Below, one piece after another: positions 25,157-38,614 of a stretch of DNA of 64,000 nucleotides (within the stretch, counting starts at the first letter, position 1; the number at the start of each line of letters is the position of its first letter). Below the pieces are notes generated by a model. The model was not told the origin of the DNA and made no database searches. It saw only the letters and a list, made by a program, of their open reading frames with translations. This stretch comes from Azolla caroliniana (taxonomy: Eukaryota > Plantae > Polypodiophyta): assembly GCA_043228905.1 (NCBI GenBank), contig JBHGNT010000016.1, forward strand, positions 6,510,001-6,574,000, written 5' to 3'. Position numbers and translations under genes: made by a program.

Positions 25157-26819
25157 ATGGACGATTCGTTGGGAGGCATGTTCAAGCTCACCGGCTCCAA
25201 CTATTCGGTGTGGAAGTCGAAGATGAGGGACATGCTTGTGGTTAAAGATCTTTGGTTGCCGGTTCAATTCGGGGACAAGAGACCGGACAAAATCGACGCC
25301 ACAATATGGGAGGTGATGCACATGAACACAATGGCGTACATACGGTGCTTCATCGACATGAGCCTATATAACAACTTCAATGAAGAGAGCAAGGCTCATG
25401 AGCTTTGGGAGAAGATTGACATTATGTTTCAAAACAAAAATACTGTTAATCAAGTTTTGGTATTCCGGAAGCTAGTAAGACTCCGGTACCAAGATGGCTA
25501 CAACATGGCGGAGCACATGAATGCCTTCTAGGGGCTGATCCACCAGGAAACATCATTGGAAGTACCTCTCGCCGATGAGGTACTAGCGCTACTCCTGCTC
25601 GGTTCCCTCCCAGATAACTGGGATACATTGGTTGTCACCTTGGGCAACGCCGGGCCGGAAGGGAAACAGTTATCCCTAGTAAGAGTAAAGTCAAGCTTGC
25701 TAGATGAGGAGGCGCGTCGGAAAGATAAGGATACGAGCTCCGACTCCAAAGCGCTCCTTACCGAATTGGAACGCGAAAGACAAAGGAACCATAGTCCCCA
25801 GAACCGGGAGAAGTCGGGGACACGGTCAAAGTCAAGGGGGAGGCTTGCTTGCTTCTATTGCGGCAAGCCGGGACACTTCCAGAAGAACTGTCGGCATTTC
25901 CGAAAAGACAAGGAAACGGACGGTACCGATTCGAAGCGGACATTGGACCGGAACGGTAAAGACCGGAGGGGGCCGGTCTGGAAGGAAACGACGTCAATCG
26001 CGGCAAGTGAAGAAGAGTTGATGATCATCACCGAGGAGAGTGAGCTAAACCTTGCCGGCGACGAGATGACCTGGGTGGTCGACTCCGGAGCGTCCTTCCA
26101 CCTTACCCCGGACCGGAAATGCTTCTCATCCTACTCAACCGGTGATCACGGCTGTGTCCGGATGGGGAATGAAGGTACATGCCGAATTGTTAGCATAGGA
26201 GATGTGTGGTTGACAACGCCAACTGGATGCAAGTTGCTGTTGAAGGATGTCCGACACGTTTCGGAGGTTCGTCTGAACCTGATATTAACCGGTCGGCTCG
26301 ATGATGAAGGCTACACGGGTAGCATCCGGAACGGAGTTATGAAGTTCAGGAAAGGGAGCCTGATTGTGGCTCGGGCCTGGAAGGTCAACACGCTGTACCT
26401 GATGAATGCCCGATTATGTCCGGAAGAAGTGAACGTGGCATTCGACACTGCCGGTGAGTTGTGGCAAAAGAGGCTGTGTCACATGAGCGAGAAGGGGATG
26501 AAGAGGCTTGCAGACGACAACCTCATTCCAGTGAAGAACGTGCAGTTGGAGAAGTGCACTGATTGTCTGGCCGGTAAGCAAAACTGGACCTCCTTCCGAC
26601 CAAGGCCACCGATGAGACGTAATGCGTCACTGGAGTTGGTGCATACGGATGTGTGTCAAGTGGACACGAAGTCACATGCAGGATCACAGTACTTCGTGAC
26701 GTTCATAGATGACCACAGTTGGAAGTTGTGGGCCACACCATTGAAGACGAAGGATCAGGTGTTATCCATCTTAAAAGAGCTCCACGCGAGAGTGGAAAGA
26801 GAAACCGGCCGGAAGCTGA
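25157..26819 (+). pseudogene. Copia gag-protease-partial integrase (first copy)
   Basis: CFYCGKPGHFQKNC, WVVDSGAS, LVHTDVC, FIDD; stop at 25529-25531; cut at ERETGRKL by LTR2. Confidence 0.9.
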
Positions 26820-27578
26820 TGTTGGGAGACAGGTCCCTCCGGATGGGAAGGGAGAAGAACAATGCTGATGAACAAACTCGGTCGATGCCGAAACCGGATG
26901 AGGAGTACCTGGCTACGGAGAGCCGGATGGTGCAGACCCGGTGAGAACCGGATGAGGAGTACTCGGCTACAAAGAGCCGGATGGTGCAGACCCGGTGAGA
27001 ACCGGATGAGGAGTACCCGGCTACGGAGAGCCGGATGGTGCAGACCCGATGAAGACCAGATCAGGAGTACCCGGCCACGGAGAGCCAGATGGTACAGACC
27101 CGGTGAGGAATGCTCACTGAATGAAGAGACATATTCGTAAATATGTTTCTGAGAGTCCATCGAGGCTATATTTGTAAATAGCCGAAAAGTCATATTAGTA
27201 TAAATATGACTTAGGGCAAACTTTTAGTTACCACTGTTGTTGTCATATTCTTGTTGGTGCAAGGATAGAGTGAGCGCGTAACTGTGTACAGAGAGAGAGA
27301 CAGAACGAGGTCGTTGCCTCCGTTGTAACCGTCGCTTGTGGCGAAGAACGTGAGCACGAGGTCGTTGCCTCCGTGAACTCACTGTTGTACATTATAACAT
27401 AGTGATAGTTTGCAGCCTGTGGGCTGTCATGGTTTTTCCCATAGTTTGGGTTTTCCACGTAAACATCCTGCGTACTCGTCTCTTCTTCGTGTCGTTCTTT
27501 ATTTCCTGTTTTTTGTGTATGATTCTAAGCTCGGTTGTGGCCGAGCGTTGCGTATAAGGAGCGTTGTAGTTCCTGTCA
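26820..27578 (+). repeat. Copia LTR2 (divergent subfamily)
   Basis: TGTTGGG...CCTGTCA; about four 54-bp units; differs from LTR1/LTR3 in diagnostic blocks. Confidence 0.9.
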
Positions 27579-27607
27579 AGTGGTATCAGAGCGAAACGAC
27601 ACAGAAA

Positions 27608-30600
27608 ATGGACAAATCGTTTGGCGGCATGTTCAAGCTCACCGGCTCCAACTATTCAGTGTGGAAGTTGAAGATGAGGGACATGCTCGTGGTTAAAGAT
27701 CTTTGGTTACCGGTTCAGTTCGGGGACAAGAGACCAGACAAAATCGACGCCACAATATGGGAGGTGATGCACATGAACACAACGGCGTACATACGGTGCT
27801 TCATCGACATGAGCCTATACAACAACTTCAATGAAGAGAGCAAGGCTCATGAGCTCTGGGAGAAGATTGACATTATGTTTCAAAACAAAAATGTTGTTAA
27901 TCAGGTTTCGGTATTCCGGAAGCTAGTAAGACTCCGGTACCAAGATGGCTCCAGCATGGCGGAGCACATGAATGCCTTCCAAGGGCTGATCCACCAGGCA
28001 AATTCATTGGAAGTACCTCTCGCCGATGAGGTACTAGCGCTACTCCTGCTCGGTTCCCTCCCGGATAGCTGGGAGACGTTGGTTGTCACTTTGGGCAACG
28101 CTGGGCCAGAAGGAAAACGGTTATCCCTAGCAAGAGTAAAGTCAAGCTTGCTAGATGAGGAGGCGCGTCGGAAAGATAAAGATATGAGCTCCGACCCCAA
28201 AGCGCTCCTTACCGAATCGGAACGCGGAAGACATAGAAAACGTAGTCCCTAGAACCGGGAGAAGTTGGGGACACGGTCAAAGTCAAGGGAAAGGCCTACT
28301 TGCTTCTATTGTTGCAAGCCGGGACACTTCGAAAAGAACTGTCGGCATTTCCGTAAAGACAAGGAAACCGATGGCACCGATTCGAAGCGGACACGGACCG
28401 GACCGGAAGGGAACAACGGCAATCGCGGCAAGTGAAGAAGAGTTGATGCTCATCACCAAGGAGAGTGAGATAAACCTTGCCGGCGACGAGATGACCTAGG
28501 TGGTAGACTCTGGAGCGTTGTTCCACCTTACCCCGGACTGGAAATGCTTCTCATTCTACGCAGCCGGAGATCACGACTGTGTCCGGATGGGGAATGAAGG
28601 TACATGCCGAATTGTCGGCATAGGAGACGTGTGGCTGTCAACACCAACCGGATGCAAGTTGCTGCTGAAGGATGTCCGACACGTTCCGGAGGTTCGTCTG
28701 AACCTGATATCAGCCGGTCGGCTAGATGATGAAGGCTACGCGGGTAGCATCCGGAACAGTGTCATGAGGTTCAGCAAAGGGAGCCTGATTGTGGCTCGGG
28801 CCTGGAAGGTCAACACACTGTACCTAATGAATGCCCGGTTATGTCTGGAAGAAGTGAACGTGGCATCCGACACTGCCGGTGAGTTGTGGCACAAGAGGCT
28901 GTGTCATATGAGCGAGAAGGGGATGAAGAGTCTTGCAGACGACAACCTCATTCTAGTGAAGAACGTGCACTTGGAGAAGTGCACTGATTGTCTGGCCGGT
29001 AAGCAAAACCGGACCTCCTTCCGATCAAGGCCACCAATGAGACGTATTGCACCACTGGAGTTGGTGCATACGGATGTGTGTCAAGTAGACACGAAGACAC
29101 ATGCCGGAGCGCAGTACTTTGTGACATTCATAGATGACCACAGACGGAAGTTGTGGGCCACACCGTTGATGACAAAGGACCAAGTGCTATCCGTCTTCAA
29201 AGAGCTCCACGCAAGAGTGGAAAGAGAAACCGGCCGGAAGCTGAAGGCGGTTCAAACAGATACCAGAGGAGAATACCGGGGGCAGTTCGAGGAGTACTAC
29301 CGCTCGAAGGGAATCCGGCTCGAATTTACCGTGCCGAAGACTCCGGAACTAAACGGACTGGCTGAGAGGATGAACCGAACCATAATGGAGAGGGTCCGGA
29401 GTATGCTGGCGCATGCAAAACTACCCAAGAAGTTTTGGGCTGAGGCACTGTCGACGGCGACATATGTGATAAACAGATCACCCTCAGTACCCTTGGATGG
29501 AGACACACCACAGAGAGTCTGGACCGGTAAGGAAGTGTCCTACCGGCATCTGACGGTATTCGGGTGTCTCGCGTACGTGCATGTAGCTAAGGACCGGAGA
29601 CGAAAGTTAGATCCAAAGACCCGACCATGCATATTCCTCGGTTACGGTGACGATGAGTTCGGCTACCGAGTGTGGGACCTGGTCGACAAGAAGGTATTCC
29701 GAAGTCGAGATATTATCTTCATGGAGGACAAGACGCTCGCCGATTGGGAGTTGGAGAAGAAGATAATGAACTCTGAGTCGACTGGTAAGGATCGATTCTG
29801 CGAGGAGCAGACCCAACCAGAAAGAGACCAGTTAGCACTCGAGGAACCAGCCGGTTACAGTGAGGATACCGGACCCGCAGAAGAAGAAGTAGAGGAAGCT
29901 GAAACCGGAACCGGCCAAGACCCCGAATCGGATTCGGATGAAGAGCAAATGGAGGAGCTGGCTACCGAAGCCCAAAGACAGAGATATCCTCTCAGAGAGA
30001 GAAGGCCCCCCTGGAGATTTCCGGATGCAGAGCATGTGCTGCTGACCGATGAGAGGGAGCTGGAAAGCTTCGAAGAAGCAAATGATGATACCCACAGCCG
30101 AAAATGGTTAAGTGCCATGCAAGATGAGATGGATTCCCTGCATGAGAACCGTACGTACGAATTGGTGGAGTTGCCGAAAGGAAGGCTGGCACTCCGAAAC
30201 AAGTGGGTGTACAAGTTGAAACCGGGAGATGCCGGCAACCCCCCGAGATACAAAGCTAGGATTGTGGTGAAGGGGTTCCAACAGAAGAAGGGCGTGGACT
30301 TCGACGAGATATTTTCCCCGGTAGTAAAGATGACCTCCATCCGGACGGTGCTGAGTATAGCGGCAAGCATGGACCTTGAGGTAGAGCAACTGGACGTGAA
30401 GACGACATTCCATCACGGCGACCTCGAAGAGGAGATCTACATGCAGCAACCGGAAGGATTCGTGGAGAAAAGGCAGGAGCACCTAGTTTGCCGGTTGAAG
30501 AAGAGCCTCTACGGACTAAAGCAGGCTCCCCGACAATGGTACCGGAAGTTCGATTCCTTCATGACCGATCAAGGGTACCACAAGACGCAGGCCGATCACT

Positions 30601-31608
30601 GCGTGTTTGTGAAGAAGTTCGAAGGAGGCGACTTCCTGATACTCCTTCTGTACGTGGACGACATGTTGATCGTTGGACGGGACCAAGCCAAAATACGAAT
30701 GCTGAAGAAGGCTCTCAACCGAACCTTCTCAATGAAAGACTTGGGTCTGGCAAGACAGATGTTGGGGATGCATATCATCTGGAACCGGCCAACGAGGCAA
30801 CTGTGGCTGTCATAGGAGAAGTACGTGACAAAGGTGCTTCAACGGTTCAACATGTCAGATGCGAAACCGGTCAGATCGACAATTCCGGCAAACTGCAGGT
30901 TATTCGGTAAGCAAAGCCCGAAGACGAAAGCAAAGAAGGCGGATATGATGAAGGTTCCATATGCCTCTGCCGTCGGGAGCTTAATGTACACAATGGTGTG
31001 TACCCGACCGGATATTGGATACGCAGTCGGAGTGGTGAGCTAGTTTATGAGCAATCCCGGCAAGGAGCACTGGAACGCGGTCAAATGGATACTTCGAACA
31101 TGTGTCTCTGATTCGGCTCCGGTAAACCTCAACTTGACGGTTTTACCGATTCAGACATGTCGGCTGATCTGGATACCAGTCGGTCTACATCCTGGTATGT
31201 AATGACATATGCAAGGGGAGCTGTTTCGTGGCAGTCGAGGCTGCAGAAGATGGTTGCGCTGTCAACCACGGAAGCAGAGTACATGGCGGCTGTGGAAGCC
31301 GGCAAGGAAATATTATGGATGAAGGACTTCATCGGAGAGCTCGGTATCCGGCAAGATGAATACTGGCTCTACTGCGACAGTCAAAGTGCAATCCACCTTG
31401 CTAAGAATGCGGCCTACCATTCCCGGACAAAGCATATCTAGCGAAGGTATCACTGGATCCGGGAAAGAGTAGATGACCAGGAGTTTGCGCTGACGAAGAT
31501 CCACACGGCCGAGAATAGGTCAGATATGCTTACCAAAGTACTGATACCCGACAAGTTGGATGCATGCCGGAAGCGGGTCGGACTAGTAAGACATCCCATG
31601 CTGGAGTG
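27608..31608 (+). pseudogene. Copia gag-pol (gag, PR, IN, RT, RH) with several stops and small deletions
   Basis: ORFs 27410..28252, 28500..30815, 30825..31043, 31157..31441; NGLAERMNRT, LYVDDML, HSRTKHI. Confidence 0.92.
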
Positions 31609-31619
31609 AAGGGGGAGTT

Positions 31620-32350
31620 TGTTAGGAAATAGGTCCCTCCGGATGGGAAGTGAGAAGAACAGTACTGATGAGCAAACTCGGCCGAGGCCTAATCGGATGA
31701 CGAGTACCCGGCTACGGAGAGCCGGATGGTGCAGACCCGGTGAGAACCGGATGACGAGTACCCGGCTACGGAGAGCCGGATGGTGCAGACCCGGTGAGAA
31801 CCGAATGACAAGTACCCGGCTACGGAGAGCTGGATGGTGCAGACCCGGTGAGAACCGGATGACGAGTACCCGGCTACGGAGAGCCGGATGGTGCAGACCC
31901 GGTGAGAACCGGTAGAAGAGACATATTTGTAAATATGTTTCTGAGAGTCCATCGTGGCTATATTTGTAAATAGCCGAAAAGTCATATTAGTATAAATGTG
32001 ACTTAGGGCAAACTTATGATTGTTGTTGTCATTCTTGTTTGTGCAAGAAAAGAGAGCGCGTAATTGTGTACAGAGAGAGAGAGAGAGACAGAGAGAGGTT
32101 GTTGCCTCTGTTGTAACCGCCGCCTGTGGCGAAGATCGTGAACACGAGGTCATTGCCTCCATGAGCTCACTATTGTACATTCTAACATAGTGATAGTTTG
32201 CAGCCTGTGGGCTGCCGTGGTTTTTTCCCTAGTTTGGGTTTTCCACGTAAACATCCTGTGTACTCTTCTCTTCTTTGTGTGGTGCATTCTTTCCCCGTTT
32301 TTCTATGTATGATTCTAGGCTCGGCTGTGGCCGAGTGTGAGTTCCTGTCA
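31620..32350 (+). repeat. Copia LTR3 with four 54-bp tandem units (~31695-31912)
   Basis: TGTTAGG...CCTGTCA; unit GGATGACGAGTACCCGGCTACGGAGAGCCGGATGGTGCAGACCCGGTGAGAACC. Confidence 0.9.
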
Positions 32351-33316
32351 GTAATAGACTGTAACGTTTCTCTCTCCTTGGGCTATAAAAGGAGAGGAAA
32401 GAGGACTTAGTGGGGATCGCGTTGTGGAGGATGAAGTCCTGTCAGACTGGGACTGAGCTCTTCTCCTCTATCTTTCGTCGTTCTCTGCAGGTTTTGGGAG
32501 GCTGCCTCTACTTCGTGGAAACTACAAGTGCTTCTGGCAGAGGCTCCATCTCGCATTGTCCATGTGCGTTGTGTGAGTTGGTGTCAGCGCGTTGACGCTT
32601 ACCGGCTAGCCGGCTGTAATCTTGATCATAAATATATATTTGCTTTATTCGTTGCTCAATCTTCATTGTGAGTTCCCTGTGTATTTGTGTGCGCGGCTCA
32701 GCCATGGTTTCGTGTTGCTCCTCCCTCTGTTCGGTTATTCCCCGGTTCAGGGGCCCCGCGGTCCCGCCTTGGTTTCTCCTGCGCGTGCAGAATAACACGA
32801 CATAATTTAGTGAACTCGACGTGAAACAAGGTGGCAGAGGAATCGAGGATGAGGGGATCTGAGCTCGCCGAAGCCATGGCAGTAGCAGTCGATTGGATGG
32901 TAAGTGCTCGCAAGGGCACGGGCGCCCTCGATAGGGCCATTGAAGTAATTGTCGGCACAATAGGCCGGTTCGATGGGAAGGACACCACGATTTATTTGGT
33001 GGCCTACCGAGCCGAAATGGTGATGAGGGACATCCCGGAGGACAGGCATTTGGCTGGGTTCCCTTGGGTGGCGACACCAGGCATCCACGTAGAGGTGCTC
33101 GAGGTGTAGGCTGGATGCCAGACCTGGGGAGAATTCGAACGGTATGGGTTTGATGACGCACTTCGGTTATCGAAGTGGGACTTCATGGATTGGGTGGAGA
33201 CCCCCGGAAAGGGGATGAATGTGTCGGCGCTTCTCCGGGAGTTTGAAGAATGCTTCATGCAGCTCTCGGCACTGGACAAAGTAGTGCTAGACACGAGCCG
33301 CGTCTTGTTGTTTGTC

Positions 33317-36300
33317 TTTGCTTGTGTTCCAAAGATGACATGGCCTGTATTCTTTCTTCCTCTAATAGTAATGAGGCTTCTTTCCGAATTCGTTCCGACT
33401 ACAGTGCATTTAATTTTTCAGTTGCTTGTATTCGGAGTGTCGGAATCTAAAATTGTACTCGCATTACGGCTTCTAATCCGAAATCCATTCAGAGAGGAGT
33501 TGATTTAATAGATGTTTTATAAGACGTCCGATATGCCCATAAAGCACTCTGAAGCTTTTGATCCCAATCTGTACGATTTTCATTGACTATCTTTTTGAGT
33601 ATTGTCTGCAGTGTTTTATTTGTCGATTCTGCTAATCCATTTGCTTGTGGATAGTAAGTAGTGCTCTTTTTATGAACCACTGCGTAATATGTGGATAGCT
33701 CATGTACAATTTTATTAATAAAATGTGTACCTTGATCGCTTACTAATTCTATCGGACACCCAAATCGACACCATATATTTTCGTACAAATTTTTTGTTGT
33801 TTATGTTGTCGTATTGTCCCTGAGATGTTTAGCTTCTACCCACTTTGTACAGTAATCTATGGCGATTATGATGTAACGATTACTTCTGCGTATGGCTGCT
33901 GGTTTAAATGGACCGACAAAATCAAATCCCCATTTTTGAAATGGCTCCAAAGGCAAAACAGGTTGGAAAGGCATTCTGTCCTTTTCTGTGGGTTGCCCCA
34001 ATCTTTGACATAAATCACATTTTCAACAATAGTTCACTACATCCTTCATTATTGTCGGCCACCATAACCCATTGTTCCATATTTTTCGGGCTGTAGTTTC
34101 TCCGGCATAATGACCACCGGCAATACGACAATGAGATTCTCGCAGAATTATCGATTTCTCAAATTGTCGTACTGTCCTTCTCCAAATTCCATCTGCACCT
34201 TTATGATAGAGAGTATTGTTCAAAAAACAGAAATTTTGATTATGAACGGCTAAGCTTTTCCTTTTATCCACCGATAGATGCTCGGGTGGTAGCCCTGTTG
34301 TAAGACAGATTGTCATCTCCAAGATCCAAGCATCCTTGCCTTCCTCATTTATTTCTTGTACCCATACTGCTTCCACTCGAAAGAGTTGTCCATCCGGAAA
34401 ATCATCTGGCACACCTATGCCTTCTTCTCCCGACTCTAGTCGGCTAAGATAATCAACAATCACATGTTGTACTCCTAGCCGATGTAAAATGTCAAACTTG
34501 AATTCTTGCAGTAATAATGTCCATTGTGCTAGCTTACTAGTTAATTCTTGTTTAGAGACTAAATAGAGAAGAGCAGAATGATCGACATGGAATGTAAATT
34601 TCTTGCCCAAAAGGTAGTGGCGAAGTTTATTGATACTATAAATCATTCCTAACGCTTCCCTCTCGGTTGTTGAATAATTTCTTTCCGCTATCGAGAGTTT
34701 TCGACTAGCGTAATACACTGGTCTATACCAGTTTGGTTCGGATAACTACATAAGTGCACTGCCGATTGCTATATCAGATGCATCAACGAACACATGGAAG
34801 GGTTTATTCCAGTCAGGTCGTTAAACCACCGGAACTTTAGATAGCATTTTCTTGAGACACTCATAGGCATCCTGTTCCACACTTGTCCATTGAAAAGGAA
34901 CTTTATGCACCGTTGTGTGTAGAGGAATGGCAACATCTGCAAGATATCTAATCATCCTACTATGCCATCTAATCTGCCGCAAGAACCGACTAAGGCCCTT
35001 AGTGTTTGTAGGTGCTGGTGCTTCTAATATGGTCCTAACTTTGTTTGGGTCAACTGCAATTCCTTCTTGGCCGACAATATGGCCTAACAATGTCCCATTA
35101 GTAACTCTGAACGCGCATTTTGCCGGATTCAAGCTCAGCCGACCTTTCTGACATTGCTCCAAGCATAGTCGTAAATGTTCCCCATTCAGTAACGAAGGCT
35201 ATCTTTTCTTGATCCTCCGGATGCATCCTTACCTGATTATATCCACTTAATCCATCCAGGGAAGTGTACATTTCATGACCAGCGACTGCATCCGATATCC
35301 CATCCGTAAACGGTAATGGAAATGCGTTTGTTACTGTTGCTGCATTTAGTTTCTGATAGTCAACGCATACTCGAATTTTTCCATTCTTTTTCGGAAAAAC
35401 TACAATCATACTTAGCCATGTAGCTTTTTCTACCGGTCGAATAAACCCTACCTTCAGGAGTTTATCTATTTCCTCTTTAACTTTAATTGCATAATTAGAA
35501 TTTAAACGATACCTACGTTGTTGAACTGGTTTCGCATATTTATGCAGGTTAATTTGGTGTTGGCAAAAAGCCGGATCTAGCCCTTTCATGTCTTCAAAAG
35601 ACCAAGCAAAAACATCCTTATATTGGTTTAGTAACCCAAGTAACCTTTGTTTATCCGCCACTCTCATATCTTTAGCTACCAACACTATTTTTGGTTCAAA
35701 CCCCTTATCATCTTCTGCCAAATTTACTTCCTCCAATGCCGAAGCCTGAACCCATTGAGATACCTTCATTTCTCTTTCAGTAGCTTCCTGCTGCAATCAG
35801 ATTTCTTTCATTGTTTGCTCATCTAATGGTAATTCCTCTTGTGAATCCATGTACGGTGTCAAGGCTTGTAATATGTCTACTTCGAACAAAGGGATAATTT
35901 TTGGGTTATCATTAAAATAATGATTCTCTTCGACCTCATCTAGTCCTTCCATCATATTTACGGCCTCCGCATGAATTGGCAAACATTGTTTGCTCGTCGT
36001 AATCTTATTCTGAGTAGACACCCGGATTTTCGTCTTGCCTTTCCAGAATGTTAATAAATTCTGATTCCAAATTTGCTTAATATTAGCAGTTTTTAAGCAT
36101 GGTCGACCTAATAGCAAAGGATATGATCTAGGAGCTTCCAAATGACCATAACTACGGGCAATTCATTAGCTTGATTAATCTCATTAGCTTGGAGCATTTG
36201 GGACACATTGTTTTTATTTGCTTCTTCTACCCATTCCTTGGCTGCTTTCCGAACAACTTCCTAAATTTCCCACTCTGATTGTTTACTTTTACTTTTGGTG

Positions 36301-38130
36301 GTCATTTGCTGAATTTCTGACATGACCATGTGCACAGCTGGTGTTTTTCCTTTTCCTTTAGACGAACATTGATTTGCATAATGTCCCTCCTGTCGGCAAA
36401 TATAGCAGGTAGGAACAAATGTTCCACTCCCTTCGCCTTGCGCAAACTGATGATTTCCATCGTCATTAGAATATGGGGGTTGTTGAAATTGTCGTGACGC
36501 TTTTTGCTTATAGAATTTTTAAATATTCTTATAGCGATTTTGTTTAAACTGACCTCCATTGTGTTGTTGATAGTCATTATCTTGTGCTACCGAAAAATCT
36601 TGATTCTATTGATAATTATTTTGTCGAGCGGTTTCTTGGTACCTATTATTGAATATATGTCGGTTATTCTAGTACCCATTTTCCGGATAAATTTGCCGTA
36701 CTGGTGTTGTTGTTTTGTTAAGAAGATTATATTCACATTTCTCAACCGAATGAAGTTTAGAATGACATATTGTGCAATGTGTTTGTAAACTACATTCTAT
36801 TGCCGAATGCCCAGTATTCAAACAAGTCGTACATTGAACTGCTTGCTGAAACTGCAACTCCTCTCGAGTTGGCAACATATTATGTAATGCCGACATATCC
36901 ATACTCACATTTTTCGGATTCCGGCCTATAACGATTGCTTTATCAATCACTGGCTCGATCATCTAATTCCGGAAATCGAACACTGCTAATGTTGTTCGTA
37001 ATGGTTCACGAATTGCTTCAAGGAATACATCCTTCAATTCGTTGTCCGGAATAGGCCTGGAAATTTGGAGTTGTAAATTCTGAAAACGGATAACAAATTG
37101 AGACACCATCTCATGCGGCTCCTAATACAACGCATAAAATTGTGCTATCAGATCCTTTTGAGGAATCTGACAATGAAATAATTGCAGAAATTTGGTGTTT
37201 AATTGTTCAAATGTTTCGAATGCACGGAAACCATTTTGCGCAAACCAATTAGTAGACTGACCATCTAATGACAAAACAAACTCAGCAATTTTAGACCTAT
37301 CTTCGGCTACTACCGATAGCCTCTGAGCTCCATGGTTAATTTCCCATGTTGTCAAGAAATCCCTAACATGCGCTTCTACATCAACACCTTCCCAAAATTT
37401 AGAATACGGGTAAGGCATATTGTCTTCACTCTAGATAATGTAAAATGATATCTCCTCCTCGTGATTTTCGTCTGACTAACTATCAGTTAAATCGGGGAGC
37501 GCAAACCACCTTCTACTTGTTTCTGGCTTTAACTCTACATCCGAATCTTTTTCTAGTGTCTTCGTAATCGATCGTGTACGATGACGTTTACAACTGACTA
37601 GTGTATTTGTACCAAACAACATCCATTCGACTTGTTCTCTGCTAGTTGCAGATGTAACCGAGTGTGGCAAAATTTTACTGTGTTGTTCAGTCGACGATAA
37701 CTATTGCTGACACAGTATAGGTCGAACGTTACTCACCAAACGTTCTATTAATGAATTGTGGTTTAGACGAATAGATACTAAAATGGTTGTAGACTTATCG
37801 ATGTTCAACAAGCATCGAGATCGTTATTTACGTAATAAGTTATAACAGAAAGGAAATAGATTGACAGAGTGTTTTGTACACAAAGATTTCCTAAACTAAC
37901 TTTATATTGCTAAATAAAATGATAGCTCTTTACACTGCCTTCGATTCCTTTTATAGGCAACCGAAAGGATGTTCTCATCAAGAAAACATATTGCCAAACA
38001 TGGCAAGAACTACAAATTCTTTAACTAACTTATAATTTCAGTTTTAATTTACTTTGGCCAAATGTTGACTCATCGATCCTCTATACCGATCCAAATCCGA
38101 CTCCGACACTTCCCCACTTATCCGGGTAAT
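33317..38130 (-). mobile_element. Athila-like (OTA group) Ty3/gypsy, degenerate, truncated in integrase; 5' boundary uncertain
   Basis: gag with CCHC knuckles (CTTCLNTGHSAIEC, CTICHSKLHSVEKC), RT, RNase H YYASRKLS..ERNYSTTEREAL, integrase [21 protein letters not shown]; lineage by motif recall. Confidence 0.8.
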
Positions 38131-38139
38131 ACAAAAGAG

Positions 38140-38614
38140 CCTCAAGCTGAGCTTGAGGGGCAGTGTTGAGATACAAGCTCAACATTGGCTAGATCGGTTG
38201 TGCAAGCCGAGAACCGGATCGGTTGGGACCGATCGGTTAGGCCGGACCGGGTGCGTAAACCGGTGCGCAAACCTGTGCGCAACGAGAAGTCGTAGCGGTG
38301 CTTAAACTGCGGGGCCGTTGGAAAGATATTCCGCGTAGGAATATATTTTAGGAGTTAGTGTAGAGCTCAGTTATGAGCATTGAAGTATGTGTTAGTACTT
38401 CTGTCAGTCCGTATGGACTTGTATAAAAGTGCTCACTGAGCACATTCTATGTACAGACAGAGTATTAATTTTTGAATAGAGTTGTATGTATTGACTCTCT
38501 CTCCGTCTCTCTCTCCGTCTCTCCCCTGTACTGTGTGTGTGTCCAAGCTCTCCATTAAACCTATGTTTTCCTACGTTCTGCTCTCTGTTGCTTCCGCACG
38601 TTGTTCTTTTCACA
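38140..38614 (+). mobile_element. Copia PPT and 3' LTR (38164-~38614), internal region lost
   Basis: CTTGAGGGGCAG then TGTTGAG; layout like the LTR at 23038-23466 (GCTTCCGCAC near the end); right end approximate. Confidence 0.65.

Larger units (their letters stand above)
24520..32350 (+). mobile_element. Tnt1/Tork-like Ty1/copia complex with three LTRs
   Basis: 5-bp TSD GTAAT (24515-24519, 32351-32355); two tRNA-iMet PBS TGGTATCAGAGC (25130, 27581); PPT before 31620; RT motif KGFQQKKGVDFDEIFSPVVKMTSIRT close to Tnt1. Confidence 0.93.
24318..33316 (+). mobile_element. Ty3/gypsy (tRNA-Trp lineage) 5' LTR (24318-24519 + 32356-32802), degenerate PBS and truncated gag; LTR split by a copia insertion
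   Basis: The two LTR pieces sum to 649 bp, equal to the uninterrupted copy 59973-60621; PBS-like 32808-32825; gag MRGSELAEAMA. Confidence 0.88.

Noticed and set aside
26862-27140. ORFs with 18-aa repeats (also 31619..31915)
   Set aside because: Translation by-product of the 54-bp LTR minisatellite
37720-37745. PBS and LTR edge of the Athila-like element (TGGTGAGTAACG on minus strand)
   Set aside because: Cannot match a tRNA with confidence and there is no second LTR to fix the boundary
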